From NCBI GenBank assembly GCA_963796275.1, contig CAWCKY010000004.1, forward strand, positions 1,088,001-1,152,000: a stretch of 64,000 nt of DNA. The letters are read 5' to 3'. Below the pieces are notes generated by a model. It searched no databases. It had not been told where the DNA came from and saw only the letters and a program-made list of their open reading frames with translations. This document shows positions 29,964-42,612 of the stretch, piece after piece (the stretch's first letter is position 1; each line of letters starts with the position of its first letter). The stretch is from an uncultured Acidobacteriota bacterium. Lineage in GTDB: Bacteria; Acidobacteriota; Blastocatellia; RBC074. The position numbers and the translations under genes are program-made.

Positions 29964-31199
29964 TCATTCGAAACCCAGCATCGCCAGTGTGTTCTCATCC
30001 TTTATCAGCACATTCTTTCCCACGATCGCCGGATGCGCCCATGTCGGGCTGCCAGCGACGCTGTATTGTTTGACCGGCGTGGCGGCTTTATCGGTCGCGC
30101 TGGTCACGATCAGATTCGCATCGTTAGTCAACGAAAAGATCAAACCGCTCGAGATGACCATCGCAGCGTGCTCTCCCTGACGCGGATCGCCGGTCCACAA
30201 TGTTTTTCCCGTATTTGCATCGAGACAGAAGAACTGACCTTTATTGCGGTGAGACATTCCGAAAAGATAATTACCGCTGAGAACCGGCGAGTTCATGTAC
30301 ATCGAGACTTCCCTGTTATGCCATACCTGATCGGTAACCCACTTTTCGTCGCGCCATCCGACCCTTATCGCAAATACTCCTTTATTCAGTCCCGAGAAGA
30401 TCAGCAGGTCCCGGTAGAGAATCGGAGTAACTATGTTTTGCACGTAATCCGTTTCGAATGGGAGCTTCCATAATAATCCGCCATTGTCAGCCCCGATGCC
30501 TATGATGCTTTTTTGCGACTGCGTGACAATCTGCCGCTTGCCCGCGATCTCGACGACTATCGGCGATGCATAACCCGGACCATCGCCATTCCACCTCCAT
30601 TTCTCCGCCCCGCTCGCGGCATCGAAAGCCATAAGCGCTCCGTTATCGTTCCCGCCCAGATAAGCTATCACCAATCCCCGGTCGACGATCGGTGAAGTAG
30701 CTGTGCCGTAGAGCGGGGCTTTGGCATTGACGAGAACCGAGGATTCTTTGCGCCAGAGCATCTTCCCGTGAGCCGCGTCATAACACGAGAGGACTCCTGT
30801 GATACCGAGCGTATAGAGCTTCCCGCCATTGAAGGCGGGCGTGGATTTGGGCCCTTTGCCGTGCTCGCGCGCCGCCGGATGCATCGAGTATTCGACCGCA
30901 TAACTATCGCGCCATAAGACTTTTCCGGTATCGAGATCGAATGCGGCAACAACCTCATTCTCGCCCTGCCTTGAATGCAGGTAGACGGTTTTGCCGACTA
31001 CCAGCGGTGATGAATGGCCCGCCCCGACCGTCATCTTCCATTTCGGTTTCAATTGATCAAGCCACTGCTTCGGCGCAGCAAAGCCCTTTATCGCTCCATC
31101 TCGGTTTGCACCACGCCACTGTGTCCAATCCTGCGCTCGTGCGTTCTGAGAAACCAGGATGAAGAGGGTGGCAAGAATCAAAACTGTTCTAGTTGGCAT
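29964..31199 (-). CDS. PQQ-like/BamB-like beta-propeller protein, secreted
   Basis: Signal peptide, DWTQWRGANRDG, repeated DxxTGKxLW blades. Confidence 0.9.
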   Translation of the reverse strand: MPTRTVLILATLFILVSQNARAQDWTQWRGANRDGAIKGFAAPKQWLDQLKPKWKMTVGAGHSSPLVVGKTVYLHSRQGENEVVAAFDLDTGKVLWRDSYAVEYSMHPAAREHGKGPKSTPAFNGGKLYTLGITGVLSCYDAAHGKMLWRKESSVLVNAKAPLYGTATSPIVDRGLVIAYLGGNDNGALMAFDAASGAEKWRWNGDGPGYASPIVVEIAGKRQIVTQSQKSIIGIGADNGGLLWKLPFETDYVQNIVTPILYRDLLIFSGLNKGVFAIRVGWRDEKWVTDQVWHNREVSMYMNSPVLSGNYLFGMSHRNKGQFFCLDANTGKTLWTGDPRQGEHAAMVISSGLIFSLTNDANLIVTSATDKAATPVKQYSVAGSPTWAHPAIVGKNVLIKDENTLAMLGFE

Positions 31200-31348
31200 A
31201 CGCGATTGATCTCCGTAATTTGCTCAGCTCCTATGCCGCGCTACGGCATCTGAATTTAACCTTTGGTTTATGGTATTTGAAAGATAATGCAACCACGTAT
31301 GGCAGACCGCATGGTGCATTTATTTTCAAAAACAAATCCCCCAAATCA

Positions 31349-34300
31349 CTACTCCGTCCTCAACGCCGGTAACACCGGTGCCCGTACGGCAGCTCTCACC
31401 GCTATCAGCGAAGCGGCCAGACCGGTAATTAATATCGCAAGTAGGAGCAATCCGAGCGAGGGAGCCGACAATCGCCCGCCGCGCGCCATTAATGCCGGCG
31501 TGATCGCCAGCAGGGCACACAAAACTCCGGTCAGCAGCCCGCAACCGAGCATCAAGCCATTTTCAGCGAGAACCATCAACCCCAGATGCGATCCCTGAAA
31601 CCCCACCGCACGCATGAGCGCAAGCTCGCGCCGTCGTTCGATCACATTGCGTAACAACACGGTGGCCAATCCCAGGGTCCCCAGCAGAAGCCCCAATCCG
31701 CCGAGCGTTTGAAAAGTAGAGAGGTAGGTATTCTCGACCTGATGAAACCCGGCCAGTTTCTCCTCAGCACTCATGGCGTCGAACCCGAAATCCGAAAGCC
31801 TATCCTCCAACACGGCAGCTACAGTCGACGCCTTCTCCAGCGGGGTATCGATCAGGAAAACGCGATACCCACCTTGATCAGGAAAAAGTCGCAGGAAATT
31901 GCTCTCCGACATCAGCAACTCGCTCTGAAAGACGCTGTCTGAAAGGGCGGCGACCACGCGCAACCGCACAGGCGCCCCATTGCCCGCATTGATCGTCATC
32001 TCATCGCCGATCTTCAGGTGCAATACATAGGCCAATGAATTGGCATCCGCGATCACGGGCACTATGGATGGCGGATTGATAAGCGGGGATGGAGGATTTG
32101 GCGAGGTATCCGCGATCTCCTGTTTGAGCAGAAGCCAGGGGTTGGCCTTCTCTGCCTCCGTTTTCGCGAGCGAACCCTGAAATGAGAAACGCGCTTCGTC
32201 GATGAAATCGTCAGCCGGCGCAAGGATGCGCGGGTTGCGCGGCTGGTAGAGATTGAGGCAACTCGCATCATCCCCCGGGCGCAAGCGGAAACGGGAGATA
32301 TTCGTGTCGCTCAGAGTTTCATCATTCAAATTCATCTCTTCCCGTTCCTGCTCATTGTTCGGATCTCGGACCAGCGGCAAGAGCGACTCAGCGAGCAGAG
32401 CATATCCGCCACTGCCCGATCGCCGGTCGAGCGATGCGGCCTTCCCGTCGCGTCTGAATGCGTCGACCGACACTATGATGAAGGCCGCCGAGGCGATCAA
32501 AGCGATGCAGAGCACGCTGCGTCCGGGGCGCGAAGATGCGTTGCGAAAACCGAGCCGCGCCATCGGCCATATGCCGTGCCCGTAAATCGTTTGCTTTTTA
32601 ATGCCGCCCAGCCAGACAGACCAGAGGCAGAGAATCGCGATCAGCATCAACGTCCCGCCTCCGAAGAATCCACCGACCTGACCGATCAGTTTCAATGAAG
32701 CTGCAATCAACATGATCGCCCCGAGCAACCCGGAGACGATAGCGAGGCGATACGCCGTGAGAAAACCGAACTTCTTTTTGCGCGGCTGATCCGCCGATCC
32801 CTCGGCGCCGAAAACCGATCCGGCCAGAAGGCTGCGCGGCGATGCCGGAGTCAGCCGGCGCAGCGTCCACCAGATACAGGCGAGAGCGGCTATAATTCCG
32901 GATATCCCTCCGATGAATAATGATTGCGGTGTAACGTGAAGCCTCAACAAAGTCGTGCCGACCGCGCCGGCCCACCAGGTCCTCAATCCCCACATCATCA
33001 ATGCCCCGTATGCGATCGCGCCGAGCAAACCGGCTATGCTGCCGATGGATGCGAGTAGCAGACCCTCGCGCAAAAAAAGCGACCGGATCTGCTTGATCGA
33101 ATATCCGATAGCGCGCAGCAGGCCGATTTCGCGCAAGCGTTGCTCGATGCCCAGCCTGAAGAAGAGCGCCGCCAGCAGGAGCGCGGAAACTACCAGGAAG
33201 AAACTGAAGTAAGTGAAATATTCGCCGAAATCGGTTGCACCCCGCGAAGCTAGCAGGCTCTGATCCTTGACCGGCTGAACCGCCATCCCCGATTGCGCCG
33301 GATCGAGCGCCGCGCGCAGTCTATTTTCAAAGGCTTTCCGCGCCGTTTCCAGATCGCTCCCTTCCGCCGGGACGATTCGGATCGACGTGAGCTTACCGTA
33401 ACGAGACGACCAGAGCTGCTGGCCATTGCCCAGGGGGACGAATGCTTTCGGCGTGGTCCGATATCGCCTCCAATACTCTTCGTCATTGGGGCGCACTCGG
33501 CTGAGATCGATGGGAAACGGCGGATCCCAATCAGCCAGGCTGTCAGTATCGGTGATCCCCGGATAATCGGGCGCAAAGTTACGATCATCGGCGAAGCCTT
33601 CCAGCGGCACAATTCCGGCGAGGCGGAATTGATGCTTACCCGTGGTCAGGCTTCCTTCGCCCGCCCAAAGATAATATGCGAGCTCAACTGTATCGCCCTC
33701 CCGTGCCCCCAGATCGCGCGCGGCCCAATCGTTGAGGATGATCGCGGGCGCCGGATCGTCGTCATCCCGGCGATAATCTTGCAGAACTTCATCATCGATC
33801 GCGGTGACGAGCGAGTATGGTATCGCCCGATCGCCGATGCGAATAGAGTTGGCGAGATAGGTGAGGATCGAAACAGTTCGGAAGCCAGATTTATGAGCCT
33901 CTTCCTTTACCATTTCGGCCGTCGAATCGTTGATCACAGCGCTATCGCTCTCCAGCGACAGCGCCCTCTTTTCCTCGAGTATCCGCAACTTCAAGCCCAG
34001 GTCCGCGAGGGAGAATGTTTCTTTCAATATTGTTTCGGCGGCATCCACCGACTCACCGCCCGCGTCCTTCGCCGAAAGCAAAATGACATTCGCCTTTCCA
34101 TCCTGCTCGAGACTTCTTTGCAGTTTTTGTAATGGGACAAAAATTGCGCGCACCGCGCCCTGTTGCGGGCGCAACGAAAATTCGCCGAGCGAATCGGCAG
34201 CCAGAGATTGGCGCATCGTGAAGCGGACCGTCCGCCCGAGATCGTCTTTACGCCCATGAAGCGATTCGACCGGAATCTCCGATGGTTTCTCGATCCGCAA

Positions 34301-34780
34301 TATGATCGTCTCACCCGCTTCGGCTCCCAGTTCCTGCGCCAGAGCCTGGCTCAACAGGACATCGTTGCCAGCAGGCGTCTGGACGCCCACGCCATGAAAA
34401 TTCCAGAAACGATCGTCAACCCCGTAAACCTGTACTCCGCCGGCGCGCTGGTTGCCCCCGTTACCTACGGTGGCTCCGTCGCGCGTCACTACACCCTCGA
34501 GAGCGATCAGAGGGCAAATGGCGTTAAATGCCGTTGTGAACTGATCGTGCGCCTGCAGCTCGCCGGCGAGCCGTTCGCGGAAGAAACCGGGGGCGGTGAG
34601 AACTAGATCCGTCCGGCCCAGACGCGATAGGACGAGGTCGCGCAGGCTGGCGCGCACCGAATCTCCCACGAGCAACGCTCCCGCCAGCACGGAAACGGCA
34701 GTAGCGACGCCCAGGACGACGGCCAGATTCGCGCGCCAGAAATGGGAGAGATTATTTTTGATGAGCGTTGACGTGCGCAT
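31349..34780 (-). CDS. Large (1143 aa) FtsX/LolE-type ABC permease
   Basis: Two FtsX-like TM modules (EQRLREIGLLRAIG; ERRRELALMRAVG) with large periplasmic domains. Confidence 0.92.
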   Translation of the reverse strand: MRTSTLIKNNLSHFWRANLAVVLGVATAVSVLAGALLVGDSVRASLRDLVLSRLGRTDLVLTAPGFFRERLAGELQAHDQFTTAFNAICPLIALEGVVTRDGATVGNGGNQRAGGVQVYGVDDRFWNFHGVGVQTPAGNDVLLSQALAQELGAEAGETIILRIEKPSEIPVESLHGRKDDLGRTVRFTMRQSLAADSLGEFSLRPQQGAVRAIFVPLQKLQRSLEQDGKANVILLSAKDAGGESVDAAETILKETFSLADLGLKLRILEEKRALSLESDSAVINDSTAEMVKEEAHKSGFRTVSILTYLANSIRIGDRAIPYSLVTAIDDEVLQDYRRDDDDPAPAIILNDWAARDLGAREGDTVELAYYLWAGEGSLTTGKHQFRLAGIVPLEGFADDRNFAPDYPGITDTDSLADWDPPFPIDLSRVRPNDEEYWRRYRTTPKAFVPLGNGQQLWSSRYGKLTSIRIVPAEGSDLETARKAFENRLRAALDPAQSGMAVQPVKDQSLLASRGATDFGEYFTYFSFFLVVSALLLAALFFRLGIEQRLREIGLLRAIGYSIKQIRSLFLREGLLLASIGSIAGLLGAIAYGALMMWGLRTWWAGAVGTTLLRLHVTPQSLFIGGISGIIAALACIWWTLRRLTPASPRSLLAGSVFGAEGSADQPRKKKFGFLTAYRLAIVSGLLGAIMLIAASLKLIGQVGGFFGGGTLMLIAILCLWSVWLGGIKKQTIYGHGIWPMARLGFRNASSRPGRSVLCIALIASAAFIIVSVDAFRRDGKAASLDRRSGSGGYALLAESLLPLVRDPNNEQEREEMNLNDETLSDTNISRFRLRPGDDASCLNLYQPRNPRILAPADDFIDEARFSFQGSLAKTEAEKANPWLLLKQEIADTSPNPPSPLINPPSIVPVIADANSLAYVLHLKIGDEMTINAGNGAPVRLRVVAALSDSVFQSELLMSESNFLRLFPDQGGYRVFLIDTPLEKASTVAAVLEDRLSDFGFDAMSAEEKLAGFHQVENTYLSTFQTLGGLGLLLGTLGLATVLLRNVIERRRELALMRAVGFQGSHLGLMVLAENGLMLGCGLLTGVLCALLAITPALMARGGRLSAPSLGLLLLAILITGLAASLIAVRAAVRAPVLPALRTE

Positions 34781-34821
34781 AAAGCTTAAAGCGTCTCAGT
34801 GCGTGTTTAAAGTTGGTTGGC

Positions 34822-35128
34822 TTAACCTAATGCCCCGGAGGGCCCGGAAAATATTATAACCAGGGTAAAGCGAAGCCACCCGGTCGAGTTCATCAATATA
34901 TGACGAGCCGTGTAAGAAGCAATAATAAACAATTATCACGCCGTCACGAGGCTCGGCCATGCATTTGCTGATACCCGGGAGCTACGATTCGCTCGCCCCC
35001 GGGGTATATTGACATTCAGGTTAAACGCTTAACGCCTACTTGCTAATACCTACCCGGCGTTGATGTTCTTTTGAAAAAAATAAGCAACCACGTAGGGCTA
35101 CATTCATAGCGCCGCTATGCGGCGGAAG
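34822..35128. repeat. Degenerate REP/MITE relics
   Basis: IR TTAACCTAATG ... CATTCAGGTTAA; GGCTACATTCATAGCGCCGCTATGCGGCGGAAG resembles the right end of the 25522 element. Confidence 0.5.
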
Positions 35129-35214
35129 CGAAGCAAGCAATCTTTGTAAAACCGATTGCCTGAAGCCCAATAACTTGGGCCTTTCCGGGCTTTAAGGAGC
35201 TTTTATACACACCC

Positions 35215-35880
35215 TCAGACTCGCTTGAGCTGCCGATCGATGAGCTCGAACCTGACAGGAAATCTGGCGGCGAGCTCCGCGCTATGTGTGACGACGACGA
35301 GAATCGTCTTCTGCGTCCGATGAAGATCGAGCAACAGAGAGGCGACGTTCTCAGCCGAATGCCGGTCGAGATTGCCCGTCGGTTCATCGCAGAGCACCAG
35401 CAAAGGCTCGCGGATCAGAGCTCTCGCTAGCGAGACGCGTTGTTTCTCCCCGCCCGACAACTCGGCCGGGCGATGGTCGAGTCGTTCCGACAAGCCAACC
35501 TGCGCTAGCAACGATCTCGCGCGTCCGAGATAGTCGCTATTGTTATTTGCAATCAAAGTCGGTGTCAGCACGTTCTCCACCACCGAACATTGCGGAAGCA
35601 AGCAGTGATCCTGAAATACAAAACCGATCTTCTGATTACGGAACGCGGCAAGGGATTTCTCGTCGAGTTGAAAAGGATTCTGCCCATCAAGCGCGATCGT
35701 CCCCGAGGTCGGCGGGTCCAGCGCCCCGAGCGTGTAAAGCAGCGTGCTTTTGCCGCTGCCCGATGGCCCCATAATCGCCGCCGCTTCACCTCGCTGCAGT
35801 GTGAGTGTAATGTCGTTAAGGATCGAAAGCGGGCCTCTCGGCGTGGGGTATTCTTTGGTCAGGTTGACGACTTGGAGCAT
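35215..35880 (-). CDS. ABC transporter ATP-binding protein (LolD-like)
   Basis: GPSGSGKST, FRNQKIGFVFQ, LSGGEKQR, CDEPTGNLD. Confidence 0.95.
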   Translation of the reverse strand: MLQVVNLTKEYPTPRGPLSILNDITLTLQRGEAAAIMGPSGSGKSTLLYTLGALDPPTSGTIALDGQNPFQLDEKSLAAFRNQKIGFVFQDHCLLPQCSVVENVLTPTLIANNNSDYLGRARSLLAQVGLSERLDHRPAELSGGEKQRVSLARALIREPLLVLCDEPTGNLDRHSAENVASLLLDLHRTQKTILVVVTHSAELAARFPVRFELIDRQLKRV

Positions 35881-35883
35881 AAC

Positions 35884-35948
35884 TGTTTTTAGTTTTCAGT
35901 TTTCAGTTTTCAGTAAGATTTCACCACTGAAACCTGAATACTGAAAAC
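35884..35948. repeat. Inverted (GTTTTCA)n ... (CTGAAAM)n array
   Basis: Abuts the ATG at 35880. Confidence 0.88.
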
Positions 35949-35965
35949 ACATAAATATCAGTGAA

Positions 35966-37252
35966 TCATCTCAAACTGGCGTACACTTGAAGGGCTCGTT
36001 CGGCCATATTTGCGACGCTGTAATGTTGATGAACGCCCCGCGCGCCCTGGCGGCCAATATCTCGGGCCCGCTCCGGATTCCTCCACAACGAGTAAAGTTC
36101 TTCGGCAAGACTGTCACTGTCTTTCGGCTCAACCAATAGACCGCCCTCGGTATTCTCGACCATCTCGGTGAACGATCCCCAACGCGGTTGAATCACGGGT
36201 ACACCACTCGCCATCGCCTCGAGCACTGAAAGTCCCTTGGGTTCGGGATAGGTGGCCGGCACAGACTGCACATCTATTTGATGAAAGAACCGCAACTTGG
36301 CATCGCGGTCGAGCGCCCCGTGATAATGAAATTCTTGCGCCAGACCGGCATCTTTCATCTGCCGTTCTATTTCGCGCAGATATGGCTTGTGTTCCGGCGC
36401 CAAATAACCTGCGACATCCAGGCGCGCTGGTCCGAATCCATCGCGTTTGCGCAGCTTCCGATATGCTTCGGCCAACACGTGAAGCCCCTTTTCCGGGGCG
36501 ATTCGCGCAAAGTAGCCGATGCGGAATACCTCTTCGTGCGAGTTGTTATCCTTCACTCGATAGTCTGTGAGATTGATTCCCAGCGGAACGACGTGGATTT
36601 TCGCGCGCGGCACGCGGAGAAATCCGGCCATAAAATCCGCATAATATTCGCTCACTGCAATAAATGCGTCGATGTGCCGCGAGTTTTCGCGCATGAGCCC
36701 CAATGCCTCACTTTTGTACGGATCACTCAGATTCTCGATGAAGTGGTCCTCCCCCTGAAGCGTGGAGCAAACGGGGGAGCCCAGGACCTCTTTGATCGGC
36801 GCGGCGAGGCTGCTCAGCATCGAATTTTGCAGATCGACGACATCCGGCCTCGCTTGCGTTTTCAGCCAATCTAGCAGCTTCGCGATCTCCTTCCGCTGAT
36901 TCCCATTTCCGCCTTTAAGCATCGAAATCGTGAGCTCGCCCAGAGAACCGGGGTCTACCGCAATTGAACGCCGGGCGGCAGCCTTGAGAGCGAACTTTGA
37001 ATCCCAGAGTCTATCGATCCAGCGAGGCGTGTGGCGAAAAATGGCAGAGCGTTGCTCGAGATAAACGCTGATGCCGCCGAAAAAAACCTTATCCGTGCTT
37101 ACGTTCGGTTCATCGGTCAGCGTAGGCGTATAGAGCGGCAGTAGAGTTACATCGTGGCCCTGCCTCAGGAGCTCCGTGGCGAGCGCGTTGTCGCGTAAGC
37201 AACTGCCGCAATACATCCCCGCTGCTCCTGCGGTGAGATAAAGTATCCGCAT
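35966..37252 (-). CDS. Glycosyltransferase family 4 with N-terminal CxxC
   Basis: AGAAGMYCGSCLRDNALA; ARIAPEKG; EPKGLSVLEAMASG. Confidence 0.9.
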   Translation of the reverse strand: MRILYLTAGAAGMYCGSCLRDNALATELLRQGHDVTLLPLYTPTLTDEPNVSTDKVFFGGISVYLEQRSAIFRHTPRWIDRLWDSKFALKAAARRSIAVDPGSLGELTISMLKGGNGNQRKEIAKLLDWLKTQARPDVVDLQNSMLSSLAAPIKEVLGSPVCSTLQGEDHFIENLSDPYKSEALGLMRENSRHIDAFIAVSEYYADFMAGFLRVPRAKIHVVPLGINLTDYRVKDNNSHEEVFRIGYFARIAPEKGLHVLAEAYRKLRKRDGFGPARLDVAGYLAPEHKPYLREIERQMKDAGLAQEFHYHGALDRDAKLRFFHQIDVQSVPATYPEPKGLSVLEAMASGVPVIQPRWGSFTEMVENTEGGLLVEPKDSDSLAEELYSLWRNPERARDIGRQGARGVHQHYSVANMAERALQVYASLR

Positions 37253-37291
37253 GGAAAAAACCTGAATAATCCGGTAAATCCCGGCGTCAAT

Positions 37292-38347
<1,056 letters not shown>

Positions 38348-38503
38348 TTTTGATCTTTGTGTAATCCGGCGATATATAAAAACCGCATTAACGCCAGATA
38401 ATCTCCCCTGTAAAATAAAGCGATTTCAAGAGTTTTCAGGGTTTACTTCGATCCGGTGAAGGCCAAATTCCCGTCAACCCGTCTCCGGTTAAAACGTAAT
38501 ATC

Positions 38504-39322
38504 TCATTTGCCGGTTTCGAGAGTAAACGGATTGAAATTCGTGTTACGGTCGAAATAGTCCTCTCGCTCCGCTCGCTTCAAGAAATTTACTACCCTGTAG
38601 GTCATGGGCGTCGCCACAACCTCCCACCCCACTTTAAGGAGATAGTTGCTTATCATAACCTGGATGACCAGTATTTTGGTCCAACCCGGGGCGCCGAGAA
38701 ACGCCAACGGATAAAAGATGGCGGAGTCGACGCCTTCTCCGACAATCGTCGATCCAATCGTCCGCGTCCAGAGCCAGCGGCCGTTTGTGAGTATCTTCAT
38801 CTTGGCCATGACGAACGAGTTGGCAAATTCGCCGGCCCAGAAGGCAAATAACGATGCGAAGACGATGCGCGGCGTGTTCCCGAAGATCATCTCGTAAGCA
38901 GCCTGTCCCGTCCACCCCTGAGCCGCCGGCAGCTTTACAACCGCCCAACTCATGAAGGCCGCGAAGATCAACGCCCCAAACCCGGCCCAGATCACACGGC
39001 GCGAACGCGCATAGCCGTATACTTCCGTCAGGATGTCGCCAAAGAAGTAGCTCAGCGGAAAAAAAAGGATCGCCGTGCCAAAGTTGAGCGGCCCTATCTC
39101 CCATGATCCGAAATTGAAGGGCCCGATCGCCGACACCTTCTGCACTCCGATAATACCGGAACACAGAAGAACCGTGACGAATGCGGCCATTACCAGATCA
39201 TAATACTTGTAATCGCGGCGCTTATAAGACGGGGCAGACGGGGCAGATGGGACAGATGAATCAACGGGTGCAGACGGATCGGATTGGGGAGAAGTCGGTG
39301 AGGGTGTGGTTGTACTTTCCAA
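38504..39322 (-). CDS. yhhQ: Queuosine precursor transporter (VUT/YhhQ family)
   Basis: FPLSYFFGDILTEVYGY, PRIVFASLFAFWAGEFAN, RTIGSTIVGEGVDS; TTG start after AAGGAGA. Confidence 0.88.
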   Translation of the reverse strand: MESTTTPSPTSPQSDPSAPVDSSVPSAPSAPSYKRRDYKYYDLVMAAFVTVLLCSGIIGVQKVSAIGPFNFGSWEIGPLNFGTAILFFPLSYFFGDILTEVYGYARSRRVIWAGFGALIFAAFMSWAVVKLPAAQGWTGQAAYEMIFGNTPRIVFASLFAFWAGEFANSFVMAKMKILTNGRWLWTRTIGSTIVGEGVDSAIFYPLAFLGAPGWTKILVIQVMISNYLLKVGWEVVATPMTYRVVNFLKRAEREDYFDRNTNFNPFTLETGK

Positions 39323-39507
39323 TAGAAAATCTCCTTCATTTTTTTGAAAACGCCTACGTGCAAATCATAGTCGTCTGTTTTCAAAAGCTCTGATTGGCTC
39401 CGGAGAAGCCGGAGTGGTCGTTAGAACGGTAAAGCATTAGTCATTGCGCGCCTCCGCCGCCGATAACCGAGTCTGTCGCTCTTGGTCCTTATTCGCACTA
39501 CTTTCAC

Positions 39508-40194
39508 TCAGTTGATCAAGCTGGTCTTCGATGAACGATCCAATTGATTCTTAAGCCATCTCATAATATCGTCAATGCTTTCCGCCGAGATCTCATGCCC
39601 CATATCGTATTCGCGGTAGGTCAAATCGACGGGGAATTCCGATAGACTTGCGCGCGCATCGCGGGCATGTTGGATGGGCAGGACTTCGTCGCGTGTGCCA
39701 TGCGCGACGAAGATCGGTAGACCGATCAACGCATCTTTTTCGGGTATCCCATTGAACGTATGCGACAAAAGCCGCCCACTCATTGAGACGACGGCTGTTG
39801 CAGTCCCGGGATAGGTCAGGGCTATTGCGAGACTCATCATCGCGCCCTGGCTGAACCCCATAAGATATACCGAGTGACGATCGATCTGATATGAATCGAT
39901 CAGCTCACTTATAAATTTATGAAGCGTATTGAGGTTTTGCCTGGCCTCTTCCAGGTCGATGATGACACCTTCAGGTGTGAAATTGAGATTGAACCAGGCG
40001 TAAGAATGCGGTCGAATCGTCACCGGCGCTCGAGCGCTGACGATCATAAATCTCTCATCCAGATATGGGGCAAGAGAAAACAGGTCGTCTTCGTTGGCGC
40101 CAAAACCATGCAGAAGAAGCAGTAACGGAGTCTTTTCCGTATGGTTTCTCGGCATTGCGATTTGGTGAGTTAGGGATAAGCGTTTTTCACTCAT
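39508..40194 (-). CDS. Phospholipase/carboxylesterase (alpha/beta hydrolase)
   Basis: LLHGFGANE, GFSQGA, HGTRD, MGHEIS. Confidence 0.92.
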   Translation of the reverse strand: MSEKRLSLTHQIAMPRNHTEKTPLLLLLHGFGANEDDLFSLAPYLDERFMIVSARAPVTIRPHSYAWFNLNFTPEGVIIDLEEARQNLNTLHKFISELIDSYQIDRHSVYLMGFSQGAMMSLAIALTYPGTATAVVSMSGRLLSHTFNGIPEKDALIGLPIFVAHGTRDEVLPIQHARDARASLSEFPVDLTYREYDMGHEISAESIDDIMRWLKNQLDRSSKTSLIN

Positions 40195-40450
40195 TGTTTT
40201 ATGATCCTGATATTCATCATACTGATGGCCTAGCTTGCTTGATTCGAACTCTGATCGTCAAGTAGCAGCGTCAGGTGCTGGTTTTCGAGCCGAATGTAAC
40301 CACAAATATCGGCTTTATCTGCTTATATCTTTGCGTGCGCTTCGGCGCAGGAAGCTGCGCTTCAGAAACAAATTGATTCCAACGCCTCGATCTCCGGTCC
40401 CCGCGCTCTTGCAAGTTTCACCTGGAAAATTGAAACTACGCGTTTAATGA

Positions 40451-40565
40451 AGTTGACAGCTGGCAGTTCGCGATTTCAAAAGGTATGCTTGAGTATCGAT
40501 ACTCATAAGGATTTATTGCAGGGCTGAATTTACGAAACTACAACTGCCAACTCCCAACTGCCGAC
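40451..40565. repeat. Inverted heptamer array (AGTTGRC) ... (AACTGCC)
   Basis: agttgac agctggc agttcgc ... aaactac aactgcc aactccc aactgcc. Confidence 0.7.
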
Positions 40566-40590
40566 CCTTTTCAAAGGAGTTCTCATTCTT

Positions 40591-41370
40591 ATGAAAATAA
40601 TCGTCTGTCTCAAACAGGTGCCGAAGAACGATTCGGTGCTTCGCATAAACGACAAGGGAAATTGGATTCAGGATCGGGATTTGACATATGAGATTAATGA
40701 ATCCGATGCGTACGGCCTGGAAGCCGCGCTGCAACTCAAAGAGAAGCACGGCGGCGAAGTGGTCGCGCTTTCTCTCGGACCCGCGCGCGTGCAATCGGTC
40801 ATCAAGGAAGCCCTCGCCCGAGGCGCCGATCGCGGCATCCACCTCGATGACGCGGCCTTTGAGGGACTCGATGCATTCGGCATCGCCTCGGTCATCGCCG
40901 CCGCCGCCAGAGCCGAAGGATTCGATCTATTGCTCACCGGTTTGCAGTCGGACGACTACGGCTTCGCGCAAACCGGGGTGATCACAGCCGAACTTTTGGG
41001 TCTGCCGCATGCAACGATCGTTATGGACGTCGAGTTGAAAGACGGGGTTATGCGCGTCAAACGCGAACTAGAGAACGGTTACTTCCAATGGGTCAGTATG
41101 CCAGTGCCCGCGGTCCTGACGATTCAATCGGGCATCAATACGCTGCGTTACGCGACGCTCAAGGGGATCATGGCATCTAAGAAGAAAGAGATAAAGAAGC
41201 TCGATTCCATCGCGATCGGAGTAGATAAATCTGCACTTGCGTCGAAGATGGAATTCCGGCGAGTCTACATCCCCCAGAAGACCAAACAGACGCAGTTCAT
41301 TGAAGGGACGCCCGCCGAGGTCGCCGCAAAACTGATGGATAAGTTGAAAAACGAAGCGAGGATATTTTAA
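40591..41370 (+). CDS. etfB: Electron transfer flavoprotein beta subunit
   Basis: MKIIVCLKQVP, INESDAYGLEAAL, ALARGAD, RYATLKGIM. Confidence 0.95.
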   Translation: MKIIVCLKQVPKNDSVLRINDKGNWIQDRDLTYEINESDAYGLEAALQLKEKHGGEVVALSLGPARVQSVIKEALARGADRGIHLDDAAFEGLDAFGIASVIAAAARAEGFDLLLTGLQSDDYGFAQTGVITAELLGLPHATIVMDVELKDGVMRVKRELENGYFQWVSMPVPAVLTIQSGINTLRYATLKGIMASKKKEIKKLDSIAIGVDKSALASKMEFRRVYIPQKTKQTQFIEGTPAEVAAKLMDKLKNEARIF

Positions 41371-41471
41371 GGAGGTTGTCGGTAGGAGGTTGTCGGTTGG
41401 CGGTTTACAGATTTAAAGGTTTCTAGAAATCAACGATGAACCGACAACCGACAACCGGCAACCGGCAACTG
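41371..41471. repeat. Inverted (GGTTGTC)n ... (AACCGRC)n array
   Basis: Fills the etfB-etfA spacer; same unit as 7064-7183. Confidence 0.9.
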
Positions 41472-41481
41472 GAGGGAATAA

Positions 41482-42465
<984 letters not shown>

Positions 42466-42469
42466 GAGT

Positions 42470-42612
42470 AGTTTTCAGTTTTCAGTTTTTAGTTTTCAGT
42501 TTGTGGTTTCCGGTTTGTAGTTTCCGGTTGATAGGTTCCACTCAGGGTTGAAAACTGGAAATTGCAAACTGCAAACTGCAAACTAAAAACTGAAAACTGA
42601 AAACTATCAACT
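42470..42612. repeat. Inverted (GTTTTCA/GTTTGYR)n ... (AAACTGM)n array
   Basis: Fills the etfA to ETF-QO spacer up to the ATG. Confidence 0.92.

Noticed and set aside
39323-39500. Possible preQ1 riboswitch upstream of yhhQ
   Set aside because: No recognisable preQ1-I stem-loop with A-rich tail by eye; an Rfam/Infernal scan would be needed.
40452-40488. Sigma70 promoter TTGACA ... TATGCT upstream of etfB
   Set aside because: The spacer is about 25 bp, and the TTGACA is part of a heptamer arm.
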